A stretch of DNA of 32,035 nucleotides from Bigelowiella natans CCMP2755 (GCA_000320545.1 ADNK01003203.1:1-32035), one strand, 5' to 3'. Numbered from the stretch's first letter, positions 19,217 through 31,642 are shown. Made by a program: numbers and translations. The notes: a model not told the origin generated them from the letters alone.

Positions 19217-20878
19217 TTACTCCCAGGGACTGACTACATATTGCAGTATTACACCAATGCCAATTCCAGCGTAGTATGTTATATCTTCAAGTAAATCATA
19301 GTTTCTAGCCTCAAAATCTTTTGCGACTGAATATTTTGTCGATCCTAACTGATTAATCGCAAGAAATATCTCAACAATTGTCAATGCTATGAGGGGTATC
19401 CAGCATGTCAATAGGATCCAAGTTAACTTGCGTATCTGATTTCGTCTTTTCTTAGTTGCTCGATCGAACTTTGATTTATAATCAATGTGCAAACTACTTT
19501 GCTTGCACGTAGCAAAATGCTGTTTGACTCCGTTACCCTTATTATTTTTGCTATGGTCCACAACTGATGGAGAAATAGGCAAGCTAGGTGTAGGCACACG
19601 GCAAATGGAACTGTCGTCGTTGTCACTTAATGGATTTTGGTTCAACCGCATCGGTTTTACCTCACTACCACGATTTAATTGGAGTCCAAGCTCCGTTACT
19701 GCTGAAGTAGAAGTGTTTTCCCGTTGCATTGCAACTTTCCGGCAAAAACGGACTGATTCAGAACTCTTTTTTATTTGTAACTTAGTTTGTGTAATTTGTG
19801 TATATTTCGCGTTCTTAGATTCATCGGATTGCTTCGTCAGTGAGTTTTCGCCACTAGCACTTTTTGGAGATTCCACCAACTTTCCACTTTGCTTCATTGT
19901 ATTCGAATATTTTGTGGTAGTATCTAGATGTGCCTTTCGTAAACTTAATGTACGTATGAGTTTTTCCCGAAGAAAGTACACGGAATGCAAAGCCATGCAT
20001 ACTGCAAATATACATGGAATGACGTTTGCTATTCTTCGAAAAATCAAGAATCGTTCCCTATTGAAAATTATGGTTAGGATATGTCCCAATGTTACAAAAA
20101 CAAAGGCCCAGCCACAAAGAAAAAGACTACAGCTCCAAATCCAAGCAGGTGTTTGTGATCCGGCAGCCATATAGTTGGCACTCGCTAGCATGTATAGCAC
20201 ACCTAGAACAAAAAATGCGAGAGTACTGTTCATTATCATCGATATTTGATAGATATAATTAATTTGTCAGATAAAAACTACGATGCTTACAGATTCCAGG
20301 AGTAATGATAAAGTACTACCCAGGACCCATGTCATAAATGGTTAAAAGTATAAAATGAGCGAGAGTGACTTCACATTGAAATATAGAACATATAATCATC
20401 TGAAACAAAATATATTACATTGACTAGGGCTAAGAGACCAAGATATGCTTGCCATCCAAAATATAAAGGCTCGTGGACACCGAGAAAAAGAAAAAAGTGT
20501 GGGATTAGACCCAATGCATTTAACCTGGGTGAGTTCAACAATGATGTTGGCTCGCAATAACTCAGAAAGGCAAGATTTTACTCGTTTGTTTAACCATTTT
20601 GTTTTTTGCTTTAGTGGATTCAATTGTGTCTTTGATGATCCGACCAACATGAACACCATTTGACCAAGTAGGATCATGAGTTTGATTGAATCTGTGAGTG
20701 TTACATTCCAATGTGTTCACAAATGATCGATTCTTGGTATTCATGACTAAACTTGTAAATAACGCATGAAGCACATGGTATCGTTACAAAATGCGATAAA
20801 AAAGATTCGCAGTAATATTATATTCGATTCCTCACCGGAGATAACCCAAGCGAGATCGTAGTTAGTGCTGGACACCAT
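19217..20878 (-). CDS. Multipass (7TM-receptor-like layout) membrane protein of unknown function; 5' part unresolved or decayed
   Basis: ORF 19217-20239 (340 aa) has hydrophobic helices flanking a long Ser/Lys-rich loop. Further hydrophobic coding-like pieces lie upstream (LNALGLIPHFFLFLGVHEPLYFGWQAYLGLLALVNVIYF at ~20525-20407; candidate start MVSSTNYDLAWVIS at 20878). No clean spliced model could be built. Confidence 0.55.
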
Positions 20879-21309
20879 TGGATTCCAAGAGCAGTTCAAA
20901 TTCTGCGTAGAGTTATCAGCAAATTTGGCATCGCGTCAATATTCTTTTATTGTCGCATGAGTAAGCCTGAGCCTAATTCTTATCGTAGGGCCATTGGGCA
21001 CTGCGCCAAGTTCATCCGACTAGTCCGGAGCGGAATGAGCCTGCAATTTGTGCTGCAACGGTCGTTGCACAGCATTAGAGGGCTCCTGGTTTTTCTGGAT
21101 TTTGCTAAAAGCCAACGACTACCAACTGTGGTTGTCGCGACAGTGGTTTACCAGACAATTTTACTGATTCGCATCCGTGGTTTCTTTATTTCGTACCGAA
21201 ATGCCTTTGCTTGTTGATTCATTTCGTCGAAATTTCATGTCGCAGGTGAGAAAATCCGCTTTTGGACTTACAATGAACAAATCCACACAATACGAAACAC
21301 TCCTGTGTG

Positions 21310-22817
21310 ATGGAGGCTGTCTCCCGCGAGGAGGAGACTAAGTCGGCCTATGCAGAAAGCACTGGGGTTGAGTCAAAAGGTAAGTTCGTTCGAAATCTCG
21401 AAGGTAGGATAATTGAATGTTTGTTCTAGGTGGCCGACAATTTGACTGCTTAGAACTCAGTGCACTGAGCAATGAAAATGAAAGAAAAGGGAAATGTGAC
21501 TATCATGACAAAGGCAATATCAGGCGCCCTGTAAAGAATCTAAAAATTGAAGACAAAGACCCAATTCAGCCTCTGTAAGTACATTTATCAGTTGGGGAAA
21601 GGAAATGAATCCCAAGTATGCGCATTCTCATGAAATGAATTCACTCCTAGGTGGCCGAGAGCAGATAATTGGCGCCTGTTTATTTTTAGAGTTGTTGACG
21701 ATACGCAGTCATCAAAAGTTTCAGTTGCATTTTCAATTTTAAGGTATAAAATCTTCCATCTCGTACCTCAATGATCCTGCTCTAATAGTCGGAAGTTTCT
21801 TAGCTCCGCCGCAGTTGTCGTGTCTTGTGTCGTTCTGGTAAGACACAACTTCAGTTTCATTTCTAAGCCGTTGTTAATTTGAAATCATTACGTCGACATA
21901 CACAATTAGCTCATCAGTTCACTACCTGAGTACCGGTTTCCTGCCTATGGCGAAGAAGAGAATGATACCGCTCCAGGTTGCTGGATTTATTGTTAAATCA
22001 TCGAACCTGTAACAAAAAATATTCGATACAGAACTGGACATGATAGAGATGGGTGTAACGATATTCTTCACAATAGAATACTGCCTTCGATTATTTACTG
22101 CGAGCTCAGCATCTCACACCTATCTTATGACCGGTGATTGGGAAGTAGAAGGAGAAGCCTACGATGATGATGATGGAAAGGGATGTTGCAGTTGCCTTAC
22201 ATCAAAACTTTCTCCCGAATTAAGAAAACACCTGGAAAATACTACGACGTTCTTTTCCCGGCCATTAAATATAATTGATCTTGTGGCAATTCTTCCCTTC
22301 TATCTCGAGGTCTAGGCGTTGTGTAACTCAAACTATTAAAATGGTGATTTTGTCATTGCTAATTTTTAAGAGTGCGACGGGAGCATCTATTAATCTTACG
22401 AGTCTCCGTATTGGAAGGTTGATTAAATTGTAAAGTAGCATTTGGTAAGTGATCTGTGATATCTATAATTATTACCAGATTGATTCGACTAGTTAAGCTT
22501 TTTAAGAGTAATCGCATGATTCCTCTTTTAATCAACGTTTTGACTCGGTCTGCCAACATTCTTGCCCAGGTATCAGAACCTGTTCCATATTTGGGTTTAA
22601 AATTTAATTGTTCATCCTCCCCTCCCCCCACCCCCCTTGTCCCAGATCTCGGCTTTGTTGATCGTGTTTGTGCTTATTGCCGCATGCTTTATTTTCATCT
22701 GCGAGCAAGGCGAGTACAATTTTGACGCTCAACAATTTCAACGCGTCAACGTCTTTGGCGAAAAGGAGGTTCTCTCATCACTTAAACTTACTAGTATCCT
22801 CTCTTGTAGTTAGCAAA

Positions 22818-22859
<42 letters not shown>

Positions 22860-24989
22860 TTGTTAGCCCACTCCGTTCACCAATATTTACATCTCAATGT
22901 GGTGGGCTATTGTCACCTTCACCACTGTTGGATATGGAGATATGGTACACACATCTTCCTTTGTTCCATTATTGTACAAGCGTAGCCAATAAATAACAAT
23001 TATGGTTAAGGCCCCATCTACACCGGCGGGGAGAGCTATTGGATGTGTGATAATATTTTGCTCCTTGATTCTATTTGCAATTCCAATCACCGTTGTGACG
23101 GATATATTCTTACAAGAATATAACAAGTCAGAGGAGCAGGATAAAGAGTTCAAAGAGGGGCATTTCCCGCTTAATCCGTGGAAGAGTGAAAATGAACGGA
23201 CAAAAGCGCAAGCAGAGGGTCGATTATTTTTCCAGATGCAAGCGAGGATTCAGTATCAGCGGGTACATGGATCCTCAAAGCACAAAACACGTTGGATCTG
23301 GTGGCCGCAGCAAGGAAGATTGATAGAGAAATTGTTTCTTTTGTGGGAGTACAGCAAATCTGGAGTAGTTGGTATGATACTGCAGACTTTTGTAAGGCTC
23401 GCAATTATTCTATCCGCTGTTGCGATTACTGTTGAATCTCTTGAGCGATACCGCTTCCCAAACTTTGGGGAAGAAGAAGGGGATAGCGCCCCTGCATTCT
23501 TTGTAATCGAAACTGTCGCAGTCTCTATCTTTAGTGTCGAGCTTCTTTCACGGTTCGTTAGCGCACCTTTCGTAAGTAGTATATTTCTACAACGTTGTGG
23601 CTATTGTTTTAAATGGGAGATTGGTGAGCCAGAACCCTCTGCATATCACAAGTTCTATGCTTGGCTGAACAATACTATGACCATTATTGACATAGTCTCG
23701 ACTGTACCATATTACATTGAAGTCTTCACTTCTGACCTACCTTCTATATCATTCCTTCGAGTTTTACGGTTGTTGCGACTTCTTCGCTTAGCACGTTTAG
23801 CAAAATCCATGAAGGGTCTGACCATACTAACTAATGCCCTCGAAGCATCTCTGAGCCCGCTTGCTTCGCTAGGAGTAATTCTAATCGGATGGACTATTTT
23901 TGCTAGTAGTGTCATGTTTTATTGCGAGCAAGGAGAATGGAACGAGGAGGAGGGGTTTTACGAAAGAGAGACCTTTTTTGGAGTAAAGGAGCGCAGCCCA
24001 TTTCGATCAATCCCTGATACATTTTACTGGATGGTAGTCACAATGACCACAGTAGGGTACGGAGATCTCTTTCCCACCTCTTTAGCTGGCAGAATTCTTG
24101 GGTCATATATATTGTTTATCTCCATCATCTGTTTGGCTATTCCAATCACAATCGTTGCAGTTAATATTGACAAGGCGTCGACCGAATACATGCAGCAACT
24201 ACGACGTCCAAATTCTGTTGCAGATATGGAGGGAAACGACGACCAGGATGCAGATAACAATACAATTAATGCAGGGCCAGACTCCGCACTGGACTTTGCG
24301 GAAAACCTTTATGCTCTAGCAGGAAGAGTCCATGCGTCATGTGAAAAGGTGCATTTTTCTAAATTAATGAGATCGCATCTCTTCCTTGTTGGTTAATGAA
24401 ATGTTTATTTTTAGGTGGATCTTGCAATAAAACCCTTCTTAGGAACTTCTCCGCCGAAATCGAAAAAGGAAGTTGGCTTTCTTCCCCCGGATTGTTTGAA
24501 ATTAGCGGATCGTAGTCTTCAAGCAATACAGCATGCAAGTTCGATAACGGAAAAAAATATAAACATGCTGATGAATACAGAGTTACAAGTCCTTTCGGAG
24601 CTTCCATGCAGAATATTCTACAAAAATATAGCTGCTTCCAGTACACGTTTGGCCTTACGTTCATTTTTCTTAGAGTGGAAATCATTTGTCAAGGTGGCTC
24701 GAAAAGAGGGGAACAGAAAATCTTTTGATAGAAAGTCATGTGATACCACAGACTCATCTCTAGCTACTGGACCCGCATCACTGTTTCGGATTAGATCCAA
24801 GGTTGGAGACCATTTTTTATTTGTAAGACATTTATATTTTGGTCAATATTCAATTTAATCCTCTAACCTCTACTATCATTTTAATTTTTATTACAGGACA
24901 CAGTAAGATCAAGCAACGGTCTATCCCCAGCACTTCGAAACTATAATGATAAGGAACCTCTCAATGCGCGTGGAGTTGTCTCTGTTTGA
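21310..24989 (+). CDS. Tandem (2 x 6TM) voltage-gated potassium channel, ~947 aa, 13 exons
   Basis: Exons 21310-21379, 21430-21574, 21651-21743, 21804-21837, 21910-21976, 22032-22309, 22371-22417, 22479-22569, 22646-22768, 22867-22944, 23011-24348, 24415-24801, 24897-24989 (TGA), 2844 nt, all phases compatible. Unit I: S3 [15 protein letters not shown]4 [15 protein letters not shown], pore [20 protein letters not shown]6 LFAIPITVV. Unit II: S3 [15 protein letters not shown]4 [18 protein letters not shown], pore [20 protein letters not shown]6 CLAIPITIV. An alternative 9-nt first exon (ATG TCG CAG|gtgaga at 21237-21245) is possible. Confidence 0.9.
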
Positions 24990-25019
24990 ACATATTTTTC
25001 ATCAAATTCTTGCACATCA

Positions 25020-25620
25020 CCATCTACCGATCTAGGACATCTAGACATTAAAGTAGTTCTATGTCACAATGTTCATTGTCGATTTTACCCATCATGTGAC
25101 CAGCTGAAGCGTGAGTATGGCTATATGACACGAGCGTAGCTAATTAGCCAGCGAGAAATCTATGTGCATTACGAGACTAGTGCATTAGCAGCATGGCTAG
25201 ACGGCTAGACGGCGTATAACAACTATCTAGCTATGCTTGTTTCAGAGACTTGCTTGTGCACATGCATCATATACATTCAAGTGCACTCTTTCTAGCTAGC
25301 TAGCTAGCTAGCTTTGCTAGAATGAAGCCCTCTCATGTCTCACGTCAAGATGTCTAGATGTTGCATCTAGGCATCGCTAGCTCTAGAGCTAGCTAGATCG
25401 GCCATCGACATTTAGACATCCAGATATTCCAATTCGCCCTGCTAGGCAAAACATCACCCTTCTCTAGTTCTAGCTAGCTAGCTCAGAGCTAGCTAGTCTT
25501 TCACGTCTAGACATGCTAGCATGCTAGCATGTTGTTTACCTTCATTACTAGATTATCTTATCTAGTCATGAATCGTACAAAAACAAGCTAGCAAGCAGGC
25601 AATGTCTAGATGTCATATAT
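25020..25620. other. Strongest CTAG-rich spacer, including (CTAG)n runs, between the convergent K+ channel and gene 8
   Basis: ctagctagctagctagctagc at ~25292, repeated tgtctagatg/catctagaca, catgctagcatgctagcatg. Confidence 0.8.
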
Positions 25621-25663
25621 CCGACTCGTTGTTAATAAAGAATCACAGTTTGATTTACAATTT

Positions 25664-26956
25664 TCATGATGAAGATTTTGTAATTGAGTCGTATGCTGCT
25701 ATGGCAGACAGTTCCTTCAGTTTCCTGTATGATATTGACATTGTAGTGCTGCCGAAAGGAGTGGCCGCAAACCAAAGTTGTTGAAAAATGAAACTGTGAT
25801 GCGAATCATTTTTGAAAACCAAAAAATAAAGAAGAAGAAGAATTGGATTGAATAAATGAAAAAGAAGAGCCAAAATAAATACAAAGAAAACAGGAATCTG
25901 GAAAAATATTACTCTTATAGCTGAGTTATGATTCACATCATTACTTAAGAGAGCAATCGTGTTTCCTATAAGGAAAAAATAAACTGTATATGCAACCGCA
26001 TATGGAAATAGGTACCCTATTCTGTTACAAATTCCCTCTCCTTTTGTCTTTACTAATGCTTTTAGCACGAGAATTGAGATGAGAATGATGGCTCTTATTG
26101 AGAATAGCAACGATGTAATAAATGCAAATGTCTCTTCTGGATTTTGAATTTGTGCCCCACGAAAACCAGCTACAGCTAATATGATGATATCTTCGCTTTC
26201 ATCAGAAAAAAATAACATAAAATGTTGCCAATCAAGAAGCAAACCTAGTTTTGCAAGTGTGTAAGTAGAACTTTCTTTCGATCCAGGTGCACGTATTTGT
26301 TCAGTGGATGCTCTAAGTTTTACCTATTATATAAAGCGATACGAATTTATTATTTATATAATTCGTGATTCATAATCATTAGTATCGCTTACCATCAGAT
26401 TTCCAGTCCTACAGTAATCTGCTCCTCTTACGATGAATGACAATGATCGTATAATGTTTAATATTCCGAGAGTCAGTGCGTATATTGTCCAATTACCAAC
26501 TATGTCTTCATCTCGAACGGTTGTGAAAAGTACAATGTCACTCACCACATCTAAGCATTCCAACACAAAGCTTAGGACCAAGTATTCAAAATACCAACAA
26601 TGTTTAAAATAGTCTATCTTTTCATCCAGCACAATGAAACGTAGCACGTTCTCTTTCGCATTAGAAGCATCTTTCATAGCTCTCGAAATCACTGCTTCTG
26701 TAAAACCATGTTCCCTATTCTCAATCAGATCCACAGCTACTGATCTTTTTTCTTTGGACAATTCCTCCTTAAACACATGTGCATGATATGTTATGAAGGC
26801 TTTGCTGCACATCGAACATTTTTCAACTTGCCTAGCACGAAAAAGTATGAGCATGCTGCTTAGGCTGGAATGAGAAAATGTTTCCACCTCTTTTCGATGA
26901 AGAAATTGATCACCATTTTTTGATTCCACGGCTGGTTCCATATTATCCATTGCCAA
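25664..26956 (-). CDS. Multipass membrane protein of unknown function, 2 exons
   Basis: Exons 26956-26393 and 26323-25664 (TGA), joined by a 69-nt intron (gtaagc...ataatag) that puts the two ORF-track ORFs in frame. About six hydrophobic segments, including LECLDVVSDIVLF and DESEDIIILAV. Confidence 0.7.
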
Positions 26957-27329
26957 TTTTCAGTATTCGATAATTTTACATGACATCGCTGGTTTTTCGT
27001 TGACGCGCGTAAGAAAGGCCTTGAAAACTACCTCATTTTACAAATTACGTCAACAGGATCTGTCGCAAACCGTAAATCGATTTTATTTTGGATTTAAATG
27101 TTTGCCTTTCTGCGATCATTGCTCCTCCGACATGAATGCGCTGCAGTTTTGCACGCGCGACAAACACATAACATCACAGCAGTCATAAGTTCGCTGAAAG
27201 TTGCGCTCAATCCGAACCGCACTTCGAATCTGTCCAGCACTAACTGCTGCATTCAAGCAAAAATCGAGTCCGTCGAATTTCTGAGAGGGGGCGCTCCTTG
27301 TTCTGGCTTTTGACTGTGGCGTCCAAGTC

Positions 27330-27830
27330 AATGGGCACGTAGCTTCTCATGTGGACAGGCCACGTATTGCATTGTCATGTGGAGCATGCATTCGCAAATT
27401 GCACTCCGGTTTCAAGTTGTGCGCGAGAAGCCTGGCAGTGCCAGAGTGTTGCAGATGTCACGTCTAGACGTGCACACATTGCTACACATTGCAGCATGGG
27501 TGACACGTCCATGTTGCCCATGCGCGCACGCTAGCACGCCTGCTGCTACACCTCTAGGCCTAGCTAGCTGCTCCTACCTGTTTGCAAATGTGCCTGCTGA
27601 CGATTGCCAAATCACATCAAACAAGTGTTCAACCCTAACGGTCGATCTGCACTTGCTCACAGCAACCACGCACAATGTTGAAGTGTCAACCACTTGCAGG
27701 ATCAGTCTTCATGCTCAAACCAACGCTTCATGCATGCTCATCATGCCTAAACAAAGGCTTCTCCTATGATCCAAACTGAACATCTTCCTACAAATAGCGC
27801 GTGCTAGCGTGGTGTGCTCTCACACAACAC
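27330..27830. other. Palindrome-rich spacer downstream of the gene 9 3' end
   Basis: Perfect 14-bp palindrome cacgtctagacgtg (27459-27472), plus gctagc, ctaggcctag and catgcatg. Confidence 0.65.
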
Positions 27831-27955
27831 TACAAAGACTCATTCTCTTCGTCAAAAACTAATTTTGCACGACTCAGCCGCGACCTCATTTCTCGGTATG
27901 GCACCCGCCGAGCGCAGTTTTCAACCTTCAGAACCTGGGGCGACATTTAAATATG

Positions 27956-27991
27956 TCATAGTTTGAAAAAGTGTACAAAACTAGAAATATC

Positions 27992-28043
<52 letters not shown>

Positions 28044-28597
28044 AAAACAAGCAGCACAACTCTTTCTCTAGCTGTTATCCTCGCAACTTACTTTCTTATA
28101 AATCTGAGTAACAAGGCTATTGAGCTTCTTATTGTCCTCTGGAAGCTGTGTAACGAGGATATTCAATGTAAGAGACCGAAGAGATATGTACAGATTAGTC
28201 GTTATTATTCATGTCTGCTGCGTTCGGCAGACGCGCTTTCAACTGTTAGGCTATCAGCTATGATAAGGACCAGGTTATGCTTCTCTTTCAGAGCCTCCGT
28301 GTAACTTTCAATGTCTTCAACGATTGAGTCCCTGCAGGGAATCAATATGCATGTTACTTCGCAAGTTCAAAAAAAAAAGGACTAAAAGTCTCCCCAATCA
28401 CTGAAATAGGCCATGTAGTCATCATCACAGCATGCAAACGCACGACAACAAACGAAATACCTCTTTTTCTCGAGCTCTACGACAGCTTCGCAAGGGCCTA
28501 TTTGTCCTAGCTGGTACTTCATATCTCCCGACTGAGAATATTGTATATCATATTCATAAGGCGATATAAAATATATCCATAGCCCACCCCATATATA

Positions 28598-28660
<63 letters not shown>

Positions 28661-29064
28661 CTCGCGCGCGAATGATGATGATAGTGCACAAAAGTAGATC
28701 AGAATATAAACAAATAAATCCACAAAGACACACGCATACTCCCCCATGCAGCCGGAAAAGGAAAACACATAACCGGCCAATATTCGAATTATTTTCGCAA
28801 TTTTTTTTTAAATAAACAAGGACTCGTTGGTGATAGGTAGCTGCTGTATGTATCTAGGTGGCAAACGAACTAACCCCGTCAGAAGGAAGATTTCTTTCCT
28901 GCCGTACTTTTCCCAACGCCTCGCCTACGCGTAAAGCCCAGTTGCTATACAGCTGCACTCTGACGATGTTATCAACGACCAAACATGAGATTTGAATAAA
29001 GTACGCGAATACATCCTCTTGCCAGGGAGGGGGGGGGGGGCTAATAATCTCTGTCTATTACTTC

Positions 29065-29103
<39 letters not shown>

Positions 29104-29431
29104 ACACGCGCACGCGCACGTGCTTCAACACATACTGTACTTTTTTCAACAAGCAAAAAATGCGCGCTGTGAATATCGGTTTTAGTTTTAGATTTTGCGC
29201 CGAAGCATGCTCTCCTGCCCTTGTTTTCTCTTTCATAGTCTTACTTCTCCTCCTTCTTCTGGTTGTATCCCTCAAGGGCCTTTATGCGCGTTTTTAGCCC
29301 TGATAATTATTCCAAAAACACGGTGTTGCTCATCTTCAGGCGATTGGAATGTGCTGCAAAACCCCAACAGATCACTCTTTAAGATAACTATTTAGCCGTA
29401 GTTAAACACATGAATGCACACACACACACAC

Positions 29432-29474
<43 letters not shown>

Positions 29475-29591
29475 TTACGTGTCAATTCCAAGGTATTTCT
29501 CTGCTTTGTGACTTTGATACCCTTCTTCATTTCTGAATTATGAATAGAGACAGAAACATCGATGATATCAAGCAGGTCCGCACCCCTCCAT

Positions 29592-29641
<50 letters not shown>

Positions 29642-29927
29642 ATTCTCTGTCCAATAACAATTCACTAGAATATCTTTATGCACAAAAGACAAATAAGCTC
29701 TTTTCAGCTAGAGAGCTCATTGGAGGCTTCATTGGCATTAAAGAACTATGGGAACGTGCCATACGCTGCCTCTCAATACAGTAGCGTCCAGAATAGTCCA
29801 TAACGATTCACTCCTCCCCCCTCCACCATTCCCCACACTCATACCCAGAAGTTTTCGCAGTATTCGTGAGTCAAACAAGTCCGGATTTAGCCTACACAGT
29901 GGTAGTGGCGTCATATTACTACACACT

Positions 29928-29972
<45 letters not shown>

Positions 29973-30095
29973 TGTTATAAGACTTTTATGTATCGAATTT
30001 GCCCTCGCAGGATGTGGATTAGCAAGCAAGCACGCACACACGCACACACGCACACACGCACACACGCACACACGCACACAGGAATCTAAATAGAT

Positions 30096-30136
<41 letters not shown>

Positions 30137-30305
30137 TACATCATAACACTTATAGTACCGATTCAGCTGGGTAGAGAGATGAGCTGCTCCGTCAGCATCT
30201 CCTTTTCCCTGGAATAAATATATCTTAATATGTGCAAAAATATATGCATCAAAGAAGTACACTACTATACACGTACACGTACATGTACACACACACACAC
30301 ACTCA

Positions 30306-30353
<48 letters not shown>

Positions 30354-30465
30354 TATACATATGTACATATATATACATATGTACATATATATATATATAT
30401 ATATATATGTATTATCTCAACCTCTGCAGTTCTCCTTGAGTCCTTTCGAATTCTAATATAAAAAA

Positions 30466-30500
<35 letters not shown>

Positions 30501-31041
30501 TATGAGATCGCGATTTACAGATAGTTTCTCTCCCCGCCATACACCCAGGTCAAAGGGAATAACGGATATGTAAAAACACAATCGTTTGGTGGTAGATTCA
30601 GCGAGTAGAGGATACCGATAAAACGATGCTATTATAGCCTCCTCCGCCCCCCCCTCCTCCTCCTCCACCTCCTCCTCCTACTACTACTACTACTGCTACC
30701 TTTATCGATGTTGAGCCTTTCTGAGGGAAGGCCAAGCGTCAAAATCTTTTGCAGACGTGATGACTCCCTATACACAGACACGCACATATATATGATATAC
30801 ATGCATACGAGCGACCAGGAGAGAGAGGTAGGTAAAACGTAATCATTTATGTAATAATCCAGCGATAGAAGTAGAAATGTATGATGATGAAAAATTGTTC
30901 TTCTTCTCTCTATCTCTCGCTCTCTACCCCCTCATTCCCTCCCCCACTAACAGATGTAGTTGTAAAAGCCCTCTATTTGCTCCCCTTTTCCTCATTTCAA
31001 AAAAAAATCAGCATTGAACCGTCTGATTAGCAGTGATAATC

Positions 31042-31075
<34 letters not shown>

Positions 31076-31297
31076 TAGTAGCAGTAGCTGCTATTGTTTG
31101 TAGTTGTTATACATTAAAATCTCTTCGAGTTCCACGTTAAGTCGGAGCATTTCCTCCTCGGCCTGAAGAATGCTCTCCACTTTGCTGGAGATGGGAGACT
31201 GGACGAAGCAAGTCCAAGGACGATGCAGGAATTAGAAAAATGTAGCAAGCGTGCAGGCGGGGGGGGGGGGGAGAATGGAGGGAGTAGGAGGAAGAGA

Positions 31298-31332
<35 letters not shown>

Positions 31333-31642
31333 GATGCTGAGAGATCCCTTTAACATAACTATACACATACGAAGATAATACCAATACTACATATGCGGGC
31401 TGAGATCCATACAATACACGCGTATATGCTTTCCCCTCCATGACATCGTTAAAGTGCGCGAAGCAAACACATTGTGGATCATTATCAGTTACCAAAGATC
31501 GCTTCTTCCCGGCCTTCCTATCCGAGTCCCTGCCCCCACGCCCTTTCCTCTCCTCCCCCCTTTTCAAATTGCTCTCCCGTGCTGCTGCCACCTCTGATGA
31601 CTCGCCTTCTAGAATAGTAAAAACAACATCAGGCACAACAGC
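27956..31642 (-). CDS. Charged, coiled-coil-like protein of unknown function, 5'-partial (probably continues past the window end)
   Basis: Phase-consistent exon chain: 31642-31493, 31198-31113, 30767-30700, 30628-30616, 30452-30422, 30208-30159, 29891-29845, 29532-29479, 29299-29245, 28944-28875, 28531-28461, 28331-28271, 28138-28092, 27980-27956. Translation includes KVESILQAEEEMLRLNVELEEILME and RKLLEMKKGIKVTKQRNTLELTRLKTRIKALEGYNQKKEE. The last two exons and the upstream exons are less certain. No family recognised. Confidence 0.65.

Noticed and set aside
20240-20400. In-frame TGA/TAA as evidence of stop-codon reassignment or selenocysteine
   Set aside because: TAA, TAG and TGA all terminate other genes here, conserved genes have no internal stops, and there is no selenoprotein context.
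21273-21341. Apparent uORF overlapping the K+ channel start
   Set aside because: It may lie inside an intron if the gene starts at ATG TCG CAG|gtgaga (21237); unresolved without transcripts.
25020-25620. CTAG-rich tract as a CRISPR array, MITE or satellite
   Set aside because: No fixed repeat-spacer period, no terminal inverted repeats with target-site duplication, and the context is eukaryotic.
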